A DNA stretch of 63,804 nucleotides, counting the filler, from Bigelowiella natans CCMP2755 (taxonomy: Eukaryota; Protista; Cercozoa): assembly GCA_000320545.1 (NCBI GenBank). It is 10 parts of 10 records of this genome, joined end to end, with 100 filler letters (N's around TTAATTAATTAA, not from the genome) between each part and the next. Parts side by side here need not be neighbours in the genome. Positions count along the whole stretch, not along the records: positions 51,566 to 54,024 come from ADNK01001227.1; positions 54,125 to 57,358 come from ADNK01000570.1; positions 57,459 to 59,274 come from ADNK01003692.1; positions 59,375 to 62,058 come from ADNK01002451.1; positions 62,159 to 63,804 come from ADNK01001613.1; 5 more parts are not named here. One strand, 5' to 3'. Numbering within the stretch: position 1 is the stretch's first letter; each line of letters starts with the position of its first letter. Positions 51,854 to 63,804 of this stretch are shown in pieces. Below the pieces are notes generated by a model. It was not told the origin of the DNA and did not search any database. It worked only from the letters and a program-made list of their open reading frames with translations. The position numbers and the translations under genes were made by a program.

Positions 51854-52655
51854 GAACATTAGAGTGACAAATATCTCTTAGCGATCATTCGTTATCATCA
51901 TAATCGGAAATTCAAGTTATTTGCCTCGTCATCGTCGTCCTCCTCATCGTCATCATCGTCATCATCATCATCATCATCAGATGCGCTTTGAGACGGAATA
52001 CTTCCTAAGGCTTAAGATGGTAGTTTTCGTGCGGGGGCGAGGAGGGGCAGCCTCCTATAATAGCAAACATCTCATACCGCTTCTTAGATCTTACACGTAA
52101 TATGCGTATCTGTTTTGCTCACAAGGCGCTGGGCAAATTCGAGCGCCTGTCTAAGGACAACAAGTCGCCTCTGATGGAAATCAAGGGGGGGAGGGGAGCG
52201 GGACGAAAGGCGAACGAGGGAGAGTCCTCAGCATTGGTGGACGTGATAAAGAAGGTACGTGTTTAGCAGCGGCATAGAGAGGGGGGGTTTATCACGTGAT
52301 CGAAAACATGGAATGAACATGGAAGCTTTATGATTTGCACGTATTGAGACTGCCGGACAAAGCGCCAGTGAGAGTTTTCACTTTCTTGCGAGCTGCGTGT
52401 GTCGTTGCAACTGATGGAATGCTGCTGCGCGCGCTTCTCCCTTGTTCTGTTATGAATGGTTAGTCGAAGGGGAGGGGGCCGCAAGGAGTCATTACGACGC
52501 AACCACGGAATCTTGACAACCCTTCGAGTTCATCGCAGCCGGTGAGTCTGAGTGTTCGTTGATGTGTGTATATGCGCATGTATAGATGTACGGTCGTGGC
52601 GCATCTCCATGTGTCTTTGAACTGGAAACCTGCAGATGATAACGATGATGATGAT

Positions 52656-52686
<31 letters not shown>

Positions 52687-52847
52687 GGTGTGTGTTTGTG
52701 TGTGTGTGTGGTCAGCAGGGTCCTCCTGCATCATCCACAAAGTTTGCTCCGGCAGGCCTCCGATTAGTTACAACGGGTGGGTAGAAGCAAGTTGAGCAAA
52801 GAAAAGAAGAGACACCCCCCCCCCCCCCCCTCTCTCTTTTTATTTGT

Positions 52848-52892
<45 letters not shown>

Positions 52893-53716
52893 TTTGTGCG
52901 CGCGCGTAATATGTATCATCATGATCAGTCTAGTGCTGTTGCACGCACATCGTTTAATTCGCTATTGCTGTGGTTTTCCAGAGGACAAGAACCAGCAGAA
53001 CTCCTCGGAAATGGTACGCAGCAAGTTGTGGCGAAATAAGTTTATTAACAAGAGGATGACTCAAAACCGTTCATATCGATAACATCAGTATTCGGTGGCG
53101 TCGCCACAATGCGATTCGGGCGTTGTCTCTCAGATGGAACCTAGGAGCAGCAATAGAAGCACAGCAGAAAGGGAAGGGCTGGTACGACGGCTGCTATTAC
53201 TGCTGATGACGACGATGCTGATAATGATGATGATGATGATGATGATGATGATGCTTTCTCACAGGCCATGTGTTTACGATGGAGATCCCCATCTTGAACG
53301 AACATTATCGGTCCCTAATACACTGCCAATTCAATTTCTGGTTTTGTATTTTTAGGTCGATCGCATTGATGATTCTCATGATATGGGTAAGGGGAGAAGG
53401 GGGGGTGGGGGGGGGGGGGGGGGGGGGGGTCTGCCTCTTCAAAAAATTTCTAACATCTTAGAGTGTGGCAAAGGCTGAAGCTGTCGCCCTTCATGGCCGG
53501 TATTTGAATGCCCGGCCATGCGAAAATTGCTATAAAAAGATGGAAACCGCTGGTGTACGGTTGTGCGTCTTTACCAAGCCGTCAAAAGGCAGAATAGGTT
53601 GTGTAAGATTTAGGTGCGAGCCCCACAAGGATAGTGGAAATCATCATGTAGAAAATTTGGGCAAGCGGAAACGAAAATGGATGGCAGAGCGCATAATAGG
53701 AAAAGGATTATGGTAA
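51688..53716 (+). CDS. 3' part of a multi-exon gene ending in a possible cytidine-deaminase-like PCxxC segment
   Basis: spliced exons MRFETEYFLRLKM/ALGKFERL...; last exon NARPCENCYKKMETAGVRLCVFT; HxE motif not located. Confidence 0.4.
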
Positions 53717-54127
53717 AGTGACTTGCTAAGATCTACGATATTGCATCACTATGTTGCTGAAAGTGGCGTGAAGTCTGACGAATTTGGATGATATTGATGT
53801 ACGCTACTACTGGTATTTCGGACGTAAAACAAGTGAAAATTAAGAATATCGTCCTACACATGGAGGCTAGTTGTCTCAACATAACTGCTTCGTATCGATC
53901 TCGTCAAATTCTACGTGCGGCTCGATACAACACATACATGCATCGCTCTCAAATGCATGAAGCACGTGGTGGCAGAAACCAACAGGCACAACATTAGCGC
54001 TGTAGCCGCTGCATTGCACAGCTANNNNNNNNNNNNNNNNNNNNNNNNNNNNNNNNNNNNNNNNNNNNTTAATTAATTAANNNNNNNNNNNNNNNNNNNN
54101 NNNNNNNNNNNNNNNNNNNNNNNNTGC

Positions 54128-54162
<35 letters not shown>

Positions 54163-54382
54163 CTATCATTTTGTGTCATTTCAAATAGTAGTAGCAGCAG
54201 TAGTAGTAGTAGTAATTTGGCTACGAGAGGGAGGGCCGACACCACAACAACAACAACAACAACATCAGCAACAATAATAATAATACCAATACGCAATCGT
54301 GTATTGTCGCGATCATCATGACAACGATGTTGTTGGCAAAAATAATGTATGAATCTGGTCATCATCATCATCATCGTCACCC

Positions 54383-55292
54383 ATCTAACAGCTTCCTTCC
54401 CCAGAAGCACCTCAGTAGCCTCTGATTTAGACCCAACTATCGAGCTGTGTGCGAGCAGCATAAAGCAGAGCACGGTGTCACAGGATCAGAATTCCAAAGA
54501 TGGGTACGTAATAGATGTTGATACCATCATCATCATCATCATTACTATTATTGTTATTATTATAAGTAGTAGTATAAATACATGTGCGTATTACTCATAA
54601 CCTTGTCAAGGCAGCATATCCTAGCTTACTCGGGTTTGCCCAATGGCCGGTGGTACCTAGAGTGAAAGAGCACGATGAAGCAGCAGCAGCAGTTCATGCA
54701 AAGGAAGAGAAACGACGGCATACTGACGGATGAGCAGCAGCCCCATCATCATCATCACCGCCACCACCACCACCACCACCATCATCATCATCACAACAAC
54801 AATGACAGCTGAAGCAGCTATAATAAATAAACAACAACTGCGACAACGGCAACGATAGAATCACCGTATTTCGTTCCAAGGAAGTGGAAAAGACCATTCT
54901 TTTGGAAGGGCCCCCCGGAGTGTTGATCGTGTTCCAACAATATCTCCCGGCGAAGCTGCTCCGGCTGCTTCTGCGGCTGCTGTTGCTGGATCTTCACCGG
55001 ATGCTTACTGCTGCTTCTGCTCTGCGATACGTCGCCTCTCTTCGCCTCCCTGCCCACACTGCTTTTGCGGCGGAAGAGGGGAGGGGTGGTTAGGTCTCCG
55101 TAGATCTCAAAGCCAGAGAGAGCTGCGGAACAAGCGGAAGGGGGGGAGGGTTGGTTAGAGGGTGGGAACGGATGAGTTCGTTGTGAGTCGAAAGGCACTT
55201 TGAAGGCGCCGCATCATGTGCCGTAGTAGCTCAAAAGTAGTATCTGGATTCAATTCATTGGCGGAATTTCACACAATTGTTTTTACATATTA

Positions 55293-55339
<47 letters not shown>

Positions 55340-55943
55340 TATATTATTCTCTGTAATATGCTAGGGAAACCTAGGTAGAGATGTCCACTCGAGTTCAGCC
55401 CGGTCTACAGCAGGGATGTTGTATGAGAATTTGATGGTGATGGTGATGATGATGGTGATGGTGATGGTGATTAAGATGATAACGAAAAAGAACTTCGTTT
55501 ATTGGCAGCAAAATACATTGAAAATGACCCAAAACGATGTTCCAACATCACACACACACGCACAAGCGGGGTGTACTATACAGCTTTGCTTCCGCACCAT
55601 CCTACGTGAGGGGCAGCACCATCTCTCACCTGTCTAATTCTGAACGTGTTGAAGTACTGCTGGCTACGCGCCGACTCGATCGCCCACGTGTAGCTTGTTC
55701 CGTATACCCCGCATGTACGCACGTAACACAACAACATAACACAACACACATGGCCGACGTCGCTCAGGATGTGATAAAGACCGATCGAACGTGCATATCG
55801 GCAAACGCTGGCTCGATGCTGCTTATTCCCTCCTCTCACTGTTCATATGATGGCCAACCTCCCTCCCCACCCCCACATGGCCGCTGCGGATGTGTGCTGA
55901 TGGATGCTGGGATATGGTACAGGTCGCTACTGAGCGCTAGTAT

Positions 55944-55987
<44 letters not shown>

Positions 55988-56415
55988 CATATCAACCCTA
56001 AAATTCATTCACATTTGCTCCTGTTTTTAATACCACTACCGCTACTTCAATGACAGCAACAGCGAACAACCTTTGCCCCGCCTTCTTAAGGGCTGTATCA
56101 TTTACCATGTTCCTGCAAAGGAGGAGGGGGGTGGAGGGGGAGGAGGGATGTGTGAGCCACTTCCTTTACTACCATCATCATGCTGAGCAGACATGCGTGC
56201 TGAGAGCTACGATGACCATGATCTACTGCTAAATATTACTGGGCAGATACTACTTGCTTGAGCATGATATCATCATCATCATCATCATCATCAACAACAA
56301 CAACAACAACATTAACAGCTGTAGTATCAAACTACTACTACTGCGCTGACTACCTTGATTGTTGTCCAGTGTTGGCCATCATTCGATGCCTCCAGTACCC
56401 AGTTGCGTAGCGCCT

Positions 56416-56448
<33 letters not shown>

Positions 56449-56784
56449 CAGTAGTAGTAGTAATAAAAGGGGAGACGACCCGCAGCAGCAACAGTCAGAG
56501 AAACAAGGGGTGGGGAGGAGGAGGAGGAGGAGGAGGAGGACGAGAAATAGGGGAAAAGAGATACACTCCATCGCGGTGAGATCGGTAGTCAAGATTTGAA
56601 TGAAGTGAACCTCCGAGTCTCTTGTTTTGTAGTGCCGGAGAGTATATCGCCCGACTTTGGCGCGAAATCTGTATTATCATCGAGGGACCAGCAAGGAAGT
56701 ATCGTGCACAAAGCAAGGTTCAACGATGGGATAAAGATATTTCCCCTTGACGATGATAGCAATGCCGCGTTACCAGACGAGTCT

Positions 56785-56826
<42 letters not shown>

Positions 56827-57200
56827 CTTTCGCTTTCTCACCCATGCAGCATCTTCACCTCAAACCACATATTTGGAGCTGCCACGCTGATATGATGGAC
56901 ATACGTCAAATGAATTTTCGGTAGGTATGTGGGCAGCATAAGTGGTAAGTGAGATGCACGATCACCGTTGGAAAGATACAAGTCGATTTCTGGAAGGATA
57001 ACATATTCACCAACAACGCGTTCTTAGGCGGCGGCGAATCCTCTCAATCATCCACCAACGAAGAGGAAAAGCCATAAAAACCGCATCGTTAGTGAGTTCT
57101 TACGTCATAATTCGGTCGGTTGTTCTGCCCAAGATCATGTGCGCTGGTTGTGATCCCAGCGAGCTCCGAATGGCCAGGGATGTGCTCCGAACTTGAACCT
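54383..57200 (-). CDS. protein with tandem F5/8-type (discoidin-like, HECTD1-type) domains, partial
   Basis: YTLRHYKTRDSE/ALRNWVLEASNDGQHWTTIK, FRIRQ/TGLNSSGHLYL/ALSGFEIYG, then a second repeat NGLFHFLGTKYG/TTGHWANPS. Confidence 0.75.
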
Positions 57201-57306
57201 TTTTGGTTTATAAGTTGTTTTCGGTTGTTCATCAGGCCGAATGTGTCATGGTTGTAGAAGGACGGCGAGAGGGGCAGGTACGCTCAACTACGCACAGGGG
57301 AAGATC

Positions 57307-57358
<52 letters not shown>

Positions 57359-57463
57359 NNNNNNNNNNNNNNNNNNNNNNNNNNNNNNNNNNNNNNNNNN
57401 NNTTAATTAATTAANNNNNNNNNNNNNNNNNNNNNNNNNNNNNNNNNNNNNNNNNNNNAAAGG

Positions 57464-57494
<31 letters not shown>

Positions 57495-57516
57495 CCCGCC
57501 CCTCTCCATCTGGCAG

Positions 57517-58049
57517 AAACTACCCCGAGTTCTTATCATCCGTGACGGTCATAAACGCGCCATGGGTATTACCGACGATATATGGGCTGGTTTCGCACTT
57601 AATCGATCCCAACACAAGGTAAGAGCACTACTGCGTCAGAATATACGCGTGGATACGCGCGTACGCGTATGCGTATGCGTATGCGTGTGCGAGTGCGTGT
57701 GCGTGTATGTGTATGCGTGTTTGTGCAGCGTCGCGGTGATGTTCCGGGTGGTCTTTTGCTCTTTCTCCATCTTCCTCGCCTCCCTCCTCCCCCACACCAA
57801 CGGACGATGCGATTTCTGTGTCCCGCTAGCTGGGGGCGGGAGATGTGGGATGTGGGGCGCACTGGGTGGTGTGAATGACCCGCCCACGCACCTAGAATCA
57901 CGGGGCCGCTGCTAAAATTAATGCGTTGTTGTTGTTGCCGTTAGAAACAAGGTGACCTTCTTTCAAGACGACTATGGTGACACGTTACGGAAGGTATGGC
58001 TGCTAATATTGCGACTACTACTACTACTACTACTGCTACTACTGATGAG

Positions 58050-58087
<38 letters not shown>

Positions 58088-58923
58088 AAAAATGGGCCTC
58101 TATTATCGGGTCTTACAACCCCTCTCCCTCCCCGCCCTCCCCCCCCACGGATATCTTCGCTTTTTTTTCGTTATTTCCATGCTGTCCCTGGCTGATGGTT
58201 ACTATCTGGGGTGTGTTTGTATCCCTCTCATTCCCACTTTCTCCCTCCCCTCCTTTCCACCCCCCTCTCTCCCTCTCTCTGTGTGTGCGTGTGTTTTTCT
58301 CTTTGTTCACAGAAAATAGATATGAAGGAGATCCCAAAGGACTTTGGAGGGGCATGCGAGAAAGAGCTTCCTGTGCCGATTGGTAGCGACGTACGCGTAG
58401 AATGCGTGTGTGATGTGTGTGATATATCTTGCATCATCGTCATCCCCTTCACCTCCATCATCATCCTCATCACCACCGATGCTATCATCAACACACCTCT
58501 TTTGTCGCCATACTCACAAACAGTATCGACGAAGAATGAGGAGGGACTGGAAACAGAGACCATATCCATGATGAGCTCCTGGGAGGTCACCAAACGCTGC
58601 AAGGACCCGAAAGGCGGCCGCTTCGCATGGGTGTTTAAGCTGGAGGCGTACGACATCAACTTCAGGTATAATGCTTTGATTTTGCGCTTTGCCGCGCGAG
58701 CGAGGAGGAGCATGGCATGCCTTCTCCCCCCCTTCCCCCGTTCCTCCTCCCCACTAAAACGTTGCGGGGATGTGGTTATGATGTGGGCATGTTTGTGTGC
58801 GTAGAGTCGAGTTTAAGGGCAAAGATGATAAGGATTTCAAGGTAAACAGGGTAGCTAGCTCGAATTCCTTTTCTCGGTTGTGTCCTTTTTTTTTTAACTA
58901 TCATTCGCTTTTGCAAACGCCCC

Positions 58924-58965
<42 letters not shown>

Positions 58966-59074
58966 CCTCCCTCCGCCCCCGCCTCATTTGAGCTTCTTCG
59001 CATATCCTGCGTACATGTAGGTAATACAGAGCTTGGAACAGGTCAAGAAGCATGAAGGAGAACACGATTTTAAG
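57517..59074 (+). CDS. SEC14/CRAL-TRIO plus GOLD domain protein, internal/C-terminal exons
   Basis: NYPEFLSSVTVINAPW...LIDPNT, IPKDFGG, FAWVFKLEAYDINF. Confidence 0.85.
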
Positions 59075-59119
59075 GTGTGTAATGAGGTCTAGGAATAGAT
59101 CTAGAAAAGAAGGACGGGG

Positions 59120-59155
<36 letters not shown>

Positions 59156-59497
59156 GAGAGACTTTTAAAATTTTACCCGGGGTGAATAAAAATAATTGGG
59201 AAACTTTTATATATATATATATATATATAAAATTTATATTATTTGGAAGGGCATATTTTTGTCCCCCTCGCCTANNNNNNNNNNNNNNNNNNNNNNNNNN
59301 NNNNNNNNNNNNNNNNNNTTAATTAATTAANNNNNNNNNNNNNNNNNNNNNNNNNNNNNNNNNNNNNNNNNNNNTACGGACCATATTTCCCTATTGTTTT
59401 TACTCCATAATGATGGTAGAGAACCACACTCGCATTGCAAAGCACAATCGTGATCACTGTCGCATGCAATCCTTTACTCGTATTCATTAGCGACAAC

Positions 59498-59666
59498 CTT
59501 GAATGGCAATGCTGTCCAGATATCTCTCCAAATATAGCAGATGCCTGCCCTACAAATACACAATGCACATTTTAATCTCGCACACATAAACACAAACACA
59601 CACATTAACACACCCCACACACTCACACACACAATTCGGGCTTGATATCCGCATATGCGTGGTAGT

Positions 59667-59709
<43 letters not shown>

Positions 59710-60098
59710 CTTCTAATCCATGCCAAGGATACGTGAGGAAGCTATATGTAGAGGCGCACACCTCCTTGGACTCATTATCCTCAGGCTTCTTCTGAGATAT
59801 GATCGATTTGCCTATTTCACACGCATTTAGTAGGCGTGATTGCGCAATCTCTATTCCAAATTGCGTTTGACTATGTGCACACATCATCACTACCAAATAC
59901 TCGCGTGGGTTCCGAGCGACCACAGTCCCATATCCGCACTGACGAAGAAGAACAACATTACTTCGTCGTACATGCGCAAATACGCACACATACACACGCA
60001 CGTACACGCACGCACTTAATCTGACGTCTTAATATCCCGTTCACTATTATTCATAGTGTTATCATTATAGGCCCTGCACCTTTTATACTCCTTCATTG

Positions 60099-60134
<36 letters not shown>

Positions 60135-60715
60135 GCAATACATTACAGCATCTGACCCGTGCCATCAAGAGAGGACGAAGCAAAGACGCGACCACTCTTT
60201 TCCAGGAAAGACGTGCTCGTAACCCCGCCAGCGTGTGCGTCTTGGTCGCGCATGCACAGAGAACAAGGAGGAAGATGACAACTCGTTATCAAACCGTCGC
60301 ATAAAAACAGAAAACACGGGCTATCTCAAAAATTCCTCCATCTCCTGCATTAGAGCCGCAGGGCAATGGCGTGTAAACCGTTGCGCTGAGAGAGAACCCG
60401 TAACACCGAACGATAGTCGATTCCCCTTTCCTCATATGATTGAGGACTGCTGCATGTTTTGCGAAAGTATTTAACATTGAACAACGTGTGTTCATAAAGT
60501 AGCCAATGTAGCAGATGTGGGGCGCCATCGTGCTATAGCACCAGCGAAGACAGCAGCAGCCTTATAGACGCATACAATGGCTGCCCCATCGCTGTGAATA
60601 CCACTCTATTCACTGTTTTCCCGACTGACTGCTGTTGGCCAGAAGAGCAGCGCGGTGAAAAATCATCTTTTGGAAATTTACATCCATATATGTATAAATA
60701 ATTAAATATATGTAT

Positions 60716-60755
<40 letters not shown>

Positions 60756-60918
60756 AATATATATATGGTTCTTCTAAGTATGGGTTTGTTCTTACGGAAG
60801 GTTTTAACGCATCTTGCATGCTCGACTGCCCATATCTTGATCGAGCAGTCTGAGCCTCCTGTTAGCAGCACCTGAGGATAATAATGCACTAGATTTATGC
60901 GCGAACGTGTGATTCTAT

Positions 60919-60954
<36 letters not shown>

Positions 60955-61236
60955 TTATATTATATATAAAATATCTACACACATATATAAATATTATATG
61001 TAGTGTTTGTTTTGATATAAGCCATGTGCATAGACCTTTCCGGAAGGGAAGAAGGAGCATGTATTGACATCGGCACTGTGTGCTGCTTCAACTGAATGAG
61101 AAAATGCATGAAATCAGTCAAGTGGTTAAAAAAGGGATACAACGCAATCAGAGCTGCACGCAAGTACCAAAACACAGTCATTCCCCCGTACGCGTACACA
61201 ATTTTACGCTATAATTCATATGCAGTGTAAGCTGGA

Positions 61237-61291
<55 letters not shown>

Positions 61292-61612
61292 GGAAAGAGA
61301 CCGAAGCGAACAAAGGCGATTTTTTTTAACATAGTACATCGTACACACCACGTCCTCTAATCGGCGTCTCATCGTTGCCTCCCCCCCCCTCATCTGCTAT
61401 CCGCTTATTGCATAAGTAACGATAACTCGTCCCCTTCATCGATAATATACGAATAAAGCCGCTGAAGGATAAACACCAGTAAAGTAGCAGCATAAGCAAG
61501 AAAAGAGACGCGCAGCAGCACAGTAGAGCTTCGTATATTTCTAACAAACAGAGAAAAAACGGTTTTTCGACCTAAAATACTCTCTTATCCAACAATTATA
61601 TCCAATCATGCA

Positions 61613-61674
<62 letters not shown>

Positions 61675-61858
61675 CTCATATACAACATCATAGAACCCCT
61701 TCGATTGACACAGAGAGCATGAATGGAGCAAGCCAGCACTGACCGCATACCCATAAGGATTGCATGCCCTCCTCTATGTTGTGGTGGTGCGTGTAGTGGA
61801 AAAGCAGTACTCATTTCCTGAGACAGCAAGGAGATCCCGAAATGGAGAAACGTCTACA
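59498..61858 (-). CDS. WD40 protein, PAAF1/Rpn14-like, partial
   Basis: SVDVSP, AHSADVNTCSFFPSGK/VLLTGGSDCSIKIWAVEHARCVKTF, FLERGRVFASSSLDGT. Confidence 0.75.
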
Positions 61859-62352
61859 CTGTACAATGCCTGTGTGTTTATTAGCCCCAACGCGCGCCAA
61901 CCCCCCCCCCCCCCCCCCCAACAGAAAAAGAAAATGGGGACTTATTTCCGGAAAAGGGTCTGGATAAAGGTAATTCCTATTCTCTCTTTGGCCCTCCCCC
62001 TTCCACGAACTATCCCCCCCCCCGCTCCGCCTCAAGTGCCAAATTTTTGCACTCTTTANNNNNNNNNNNNNNNNNNNNNNNNNNNNNNNNNNNNNNNNNN
62101 NNTTAATTAATTAANNNNNNNNNNNNNNNNNNNNNNNNNNNNNNNNNNNNNNNNNNNNCTGATGAGAAGACGAGCGGGAGGGGGGGGGGGGGAGGAAGGG
62201 GATTAAGCATGACGTGTTTTTATGTATTATGTCAATTTCTCATATGCACACTATCATCTCTATTCCATCTGCAAAGACCCCTCCCTAGCCCCCATTCTCT
62301 CGCTCTCTCCTCCTCCTCCTCCTCTTCTTCTTCATCTTCTTCATCATCATCA

Positions 62353-62925
62353 TCATAATCTTCCTGATAAATGCAATGAAACGACCTTCGCAGCCGAAGC
62401 CATCGTGTCCAACGACCCCCTGCCATCACCCCCGACCCCTGCCCCATTTGTACTACTGCGTTGTTGTTCCAAGTTGAGGGGAGGGGGGGGCGGGCTTGAA
62501 GTTGGGGGAGAGGATGAGAGGCGCTTCTTCTTCTTCTTCTTCTGACTGTTATCGTGGGGATAGCTAGTTCTATCACCACCACCACCACCACTAATATGAT
62601 CATTATTTTCAATTCTAGCCTTCTTTCCGTTGTCATCCTTGCGCTCGTATTTCTTCCCCCCCCCCCTCCGCTGATCTCTAGAAGATGACGATAGGGACTG
62701 CGGAGAAGCTGCAGCAGCTGCTGCTGCTGTTGATGTGGCGGTGCCCGCTTTGCCCCTCCCCCCCCCGCGTTCCGAGGCGGCGCTGCTGCTATTGTTGTTG
62801 TTGTTGTTGTGTTTGTTGCGGTTGGCATTCTTGGTCATCTTCGCATCATTTATCCGAAAGAAGAGGTATCCGCTTTCGAATGGCTTCTCTCCGTCGACCA
62901 CGTGTGCTAGCAAGCCCTGGTGATT

Positions 62926-62966
<41 letters not shown>

Positions 62967-63181
62967 TTTGGTAAGCAGCTCATTCTTGCACGAGGCTCAC
63001 TTCCACTTCCCTGTCGTCATCGTCGTCTTTTCACATATATACAGGTGCACGCACGCGCGCGTGCGCGCGCGCGCGCACACACACACACACACAGGGCTGC
63101 GTTGCTTTGTCATCAATTCTCCTCACCGTCTTCCTCATTTTCTCGGCGAAGAAAATCGCGTCACCCTCGGTCTTTGCGTAT
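62353..63181 (-). CDS. DEP-domain-containing protein, partial
   Basis: YAKTEGDAIFFAEKMRKT/GLLAHVVDGEKPFESGYLFFR matches the DEP C-terminal pattern; followed by low-complexity sequence. Confidence 0.6.
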
Positions 63182-63413
63182 CTAATTAAACAAGAGTAGG
63201 GTATAAATGGTGGTGGTGGTGGTAGTAGTAGTAGTAGCAGTAGTTAGTAGTAATAGTAGCGATAAACAACGCTGAAGATGTGTTTCCCCTCTTCCTCGAC
63301 GACGCGGTGGTCAATGAGGAGGAGGCCTTTGGCGCCGTGGCGAGGATACACATCGAACGCCCCCATCGCAGCTCAACGGCGTCCGTGTGCCTTGTTTTCA
63401 GGTTCATCGATTG

Positions 63414-63452
<39 letters not shown>

Positions 63453-63569
63453 GGAGGGAAAGTCAGCAGGCGACGAGTACGAGAGAGGAGGGGGGGGGGG
63501 GGGGACAGGGGGGCCTTGCTTTACAAACATTTGGGGGGGATTTTGAGCCCCCAGGGATTGCGAATATCA

Positions 63570-63804
63570 CTCGGAATTTGAACCTCACGTGTGTCATAGC
63601 AACAAGGCGATGGTGTATAAACTGGGTCGTTTATTTTTAAAATTGAATACGATCTCAAGTATCGAGGCACGCGCTTCAGTCCGCACAGTGAAATGTGATG
63701 CAGAATTACAGTTACACTTCCGAGATCCACCACTCCCAGAGGCCGACGAGCGCTGATTGTAGACTGAAACCACGCTCGCGACATCCATGGTGAGAAATAG
63801 ATCC
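63570..63804 (-). pseudogene. diverged copy of the gluconolactonase exon 1/intron 1 (12657-12898), or a low-quality read artefact
   Basis: shared blocks aaggcgatggtgt, tgggtcgtttattttt, tgaatacgatctcaagtatc, gttacacttccgaga, ccaccactcccagaggc, atggtgagaaatag with scattered indels. Confidence 0.6.

Overview
Eukaryotic nuclear DNA, assembled from 10 draft contigs joined by artificial 100-nt spacers (44 N + TTAATTAATTAA + 44 N). Introns are GT-AG and often packed with microsatellites. Bipartite-looking (signal + transit) presequences, a plastid-type LepA and a KEA3-like antiporter suggest an alga with a secondary plastid (chlorarachniophyte-like; inference). About 18 host genes or gene fragments are recognisable: SDR, gluconolactonase/SMP-30, mitochondrial carrier, LepA, SNAP-25-like SNARE, KEA3-like, glomulin/ALF4-like, DUF3445, M1 aminopeptidase, F5/8-domain, SEC14-GOLD, PAAF1-like WD40, DEP-domain and several unknowns. 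The main feature is a young Ty3/gypsy LTR retrotransposon family with one intact copy (13527-19242; identical 326-bp LTRs, CTGT target-site duplication, single 1657-aa gag-pol ORF) and two truncated copies at contig ends. Its integrase is atypical (D,D(27)E; H-X3-H...CXC). Where chromoviruses carry a chromodomain, it ends in a ~126-aa domain that aligns by eye with the DAM-like N6-adenine methyltransferase domain of DIRS retrotransposons, with the catalytic motif degenerate. All three copies sit in distinctive CTAG/TGCA-rich intergenic islands. Exon boundaries and family calls were made by eye, without database searches.
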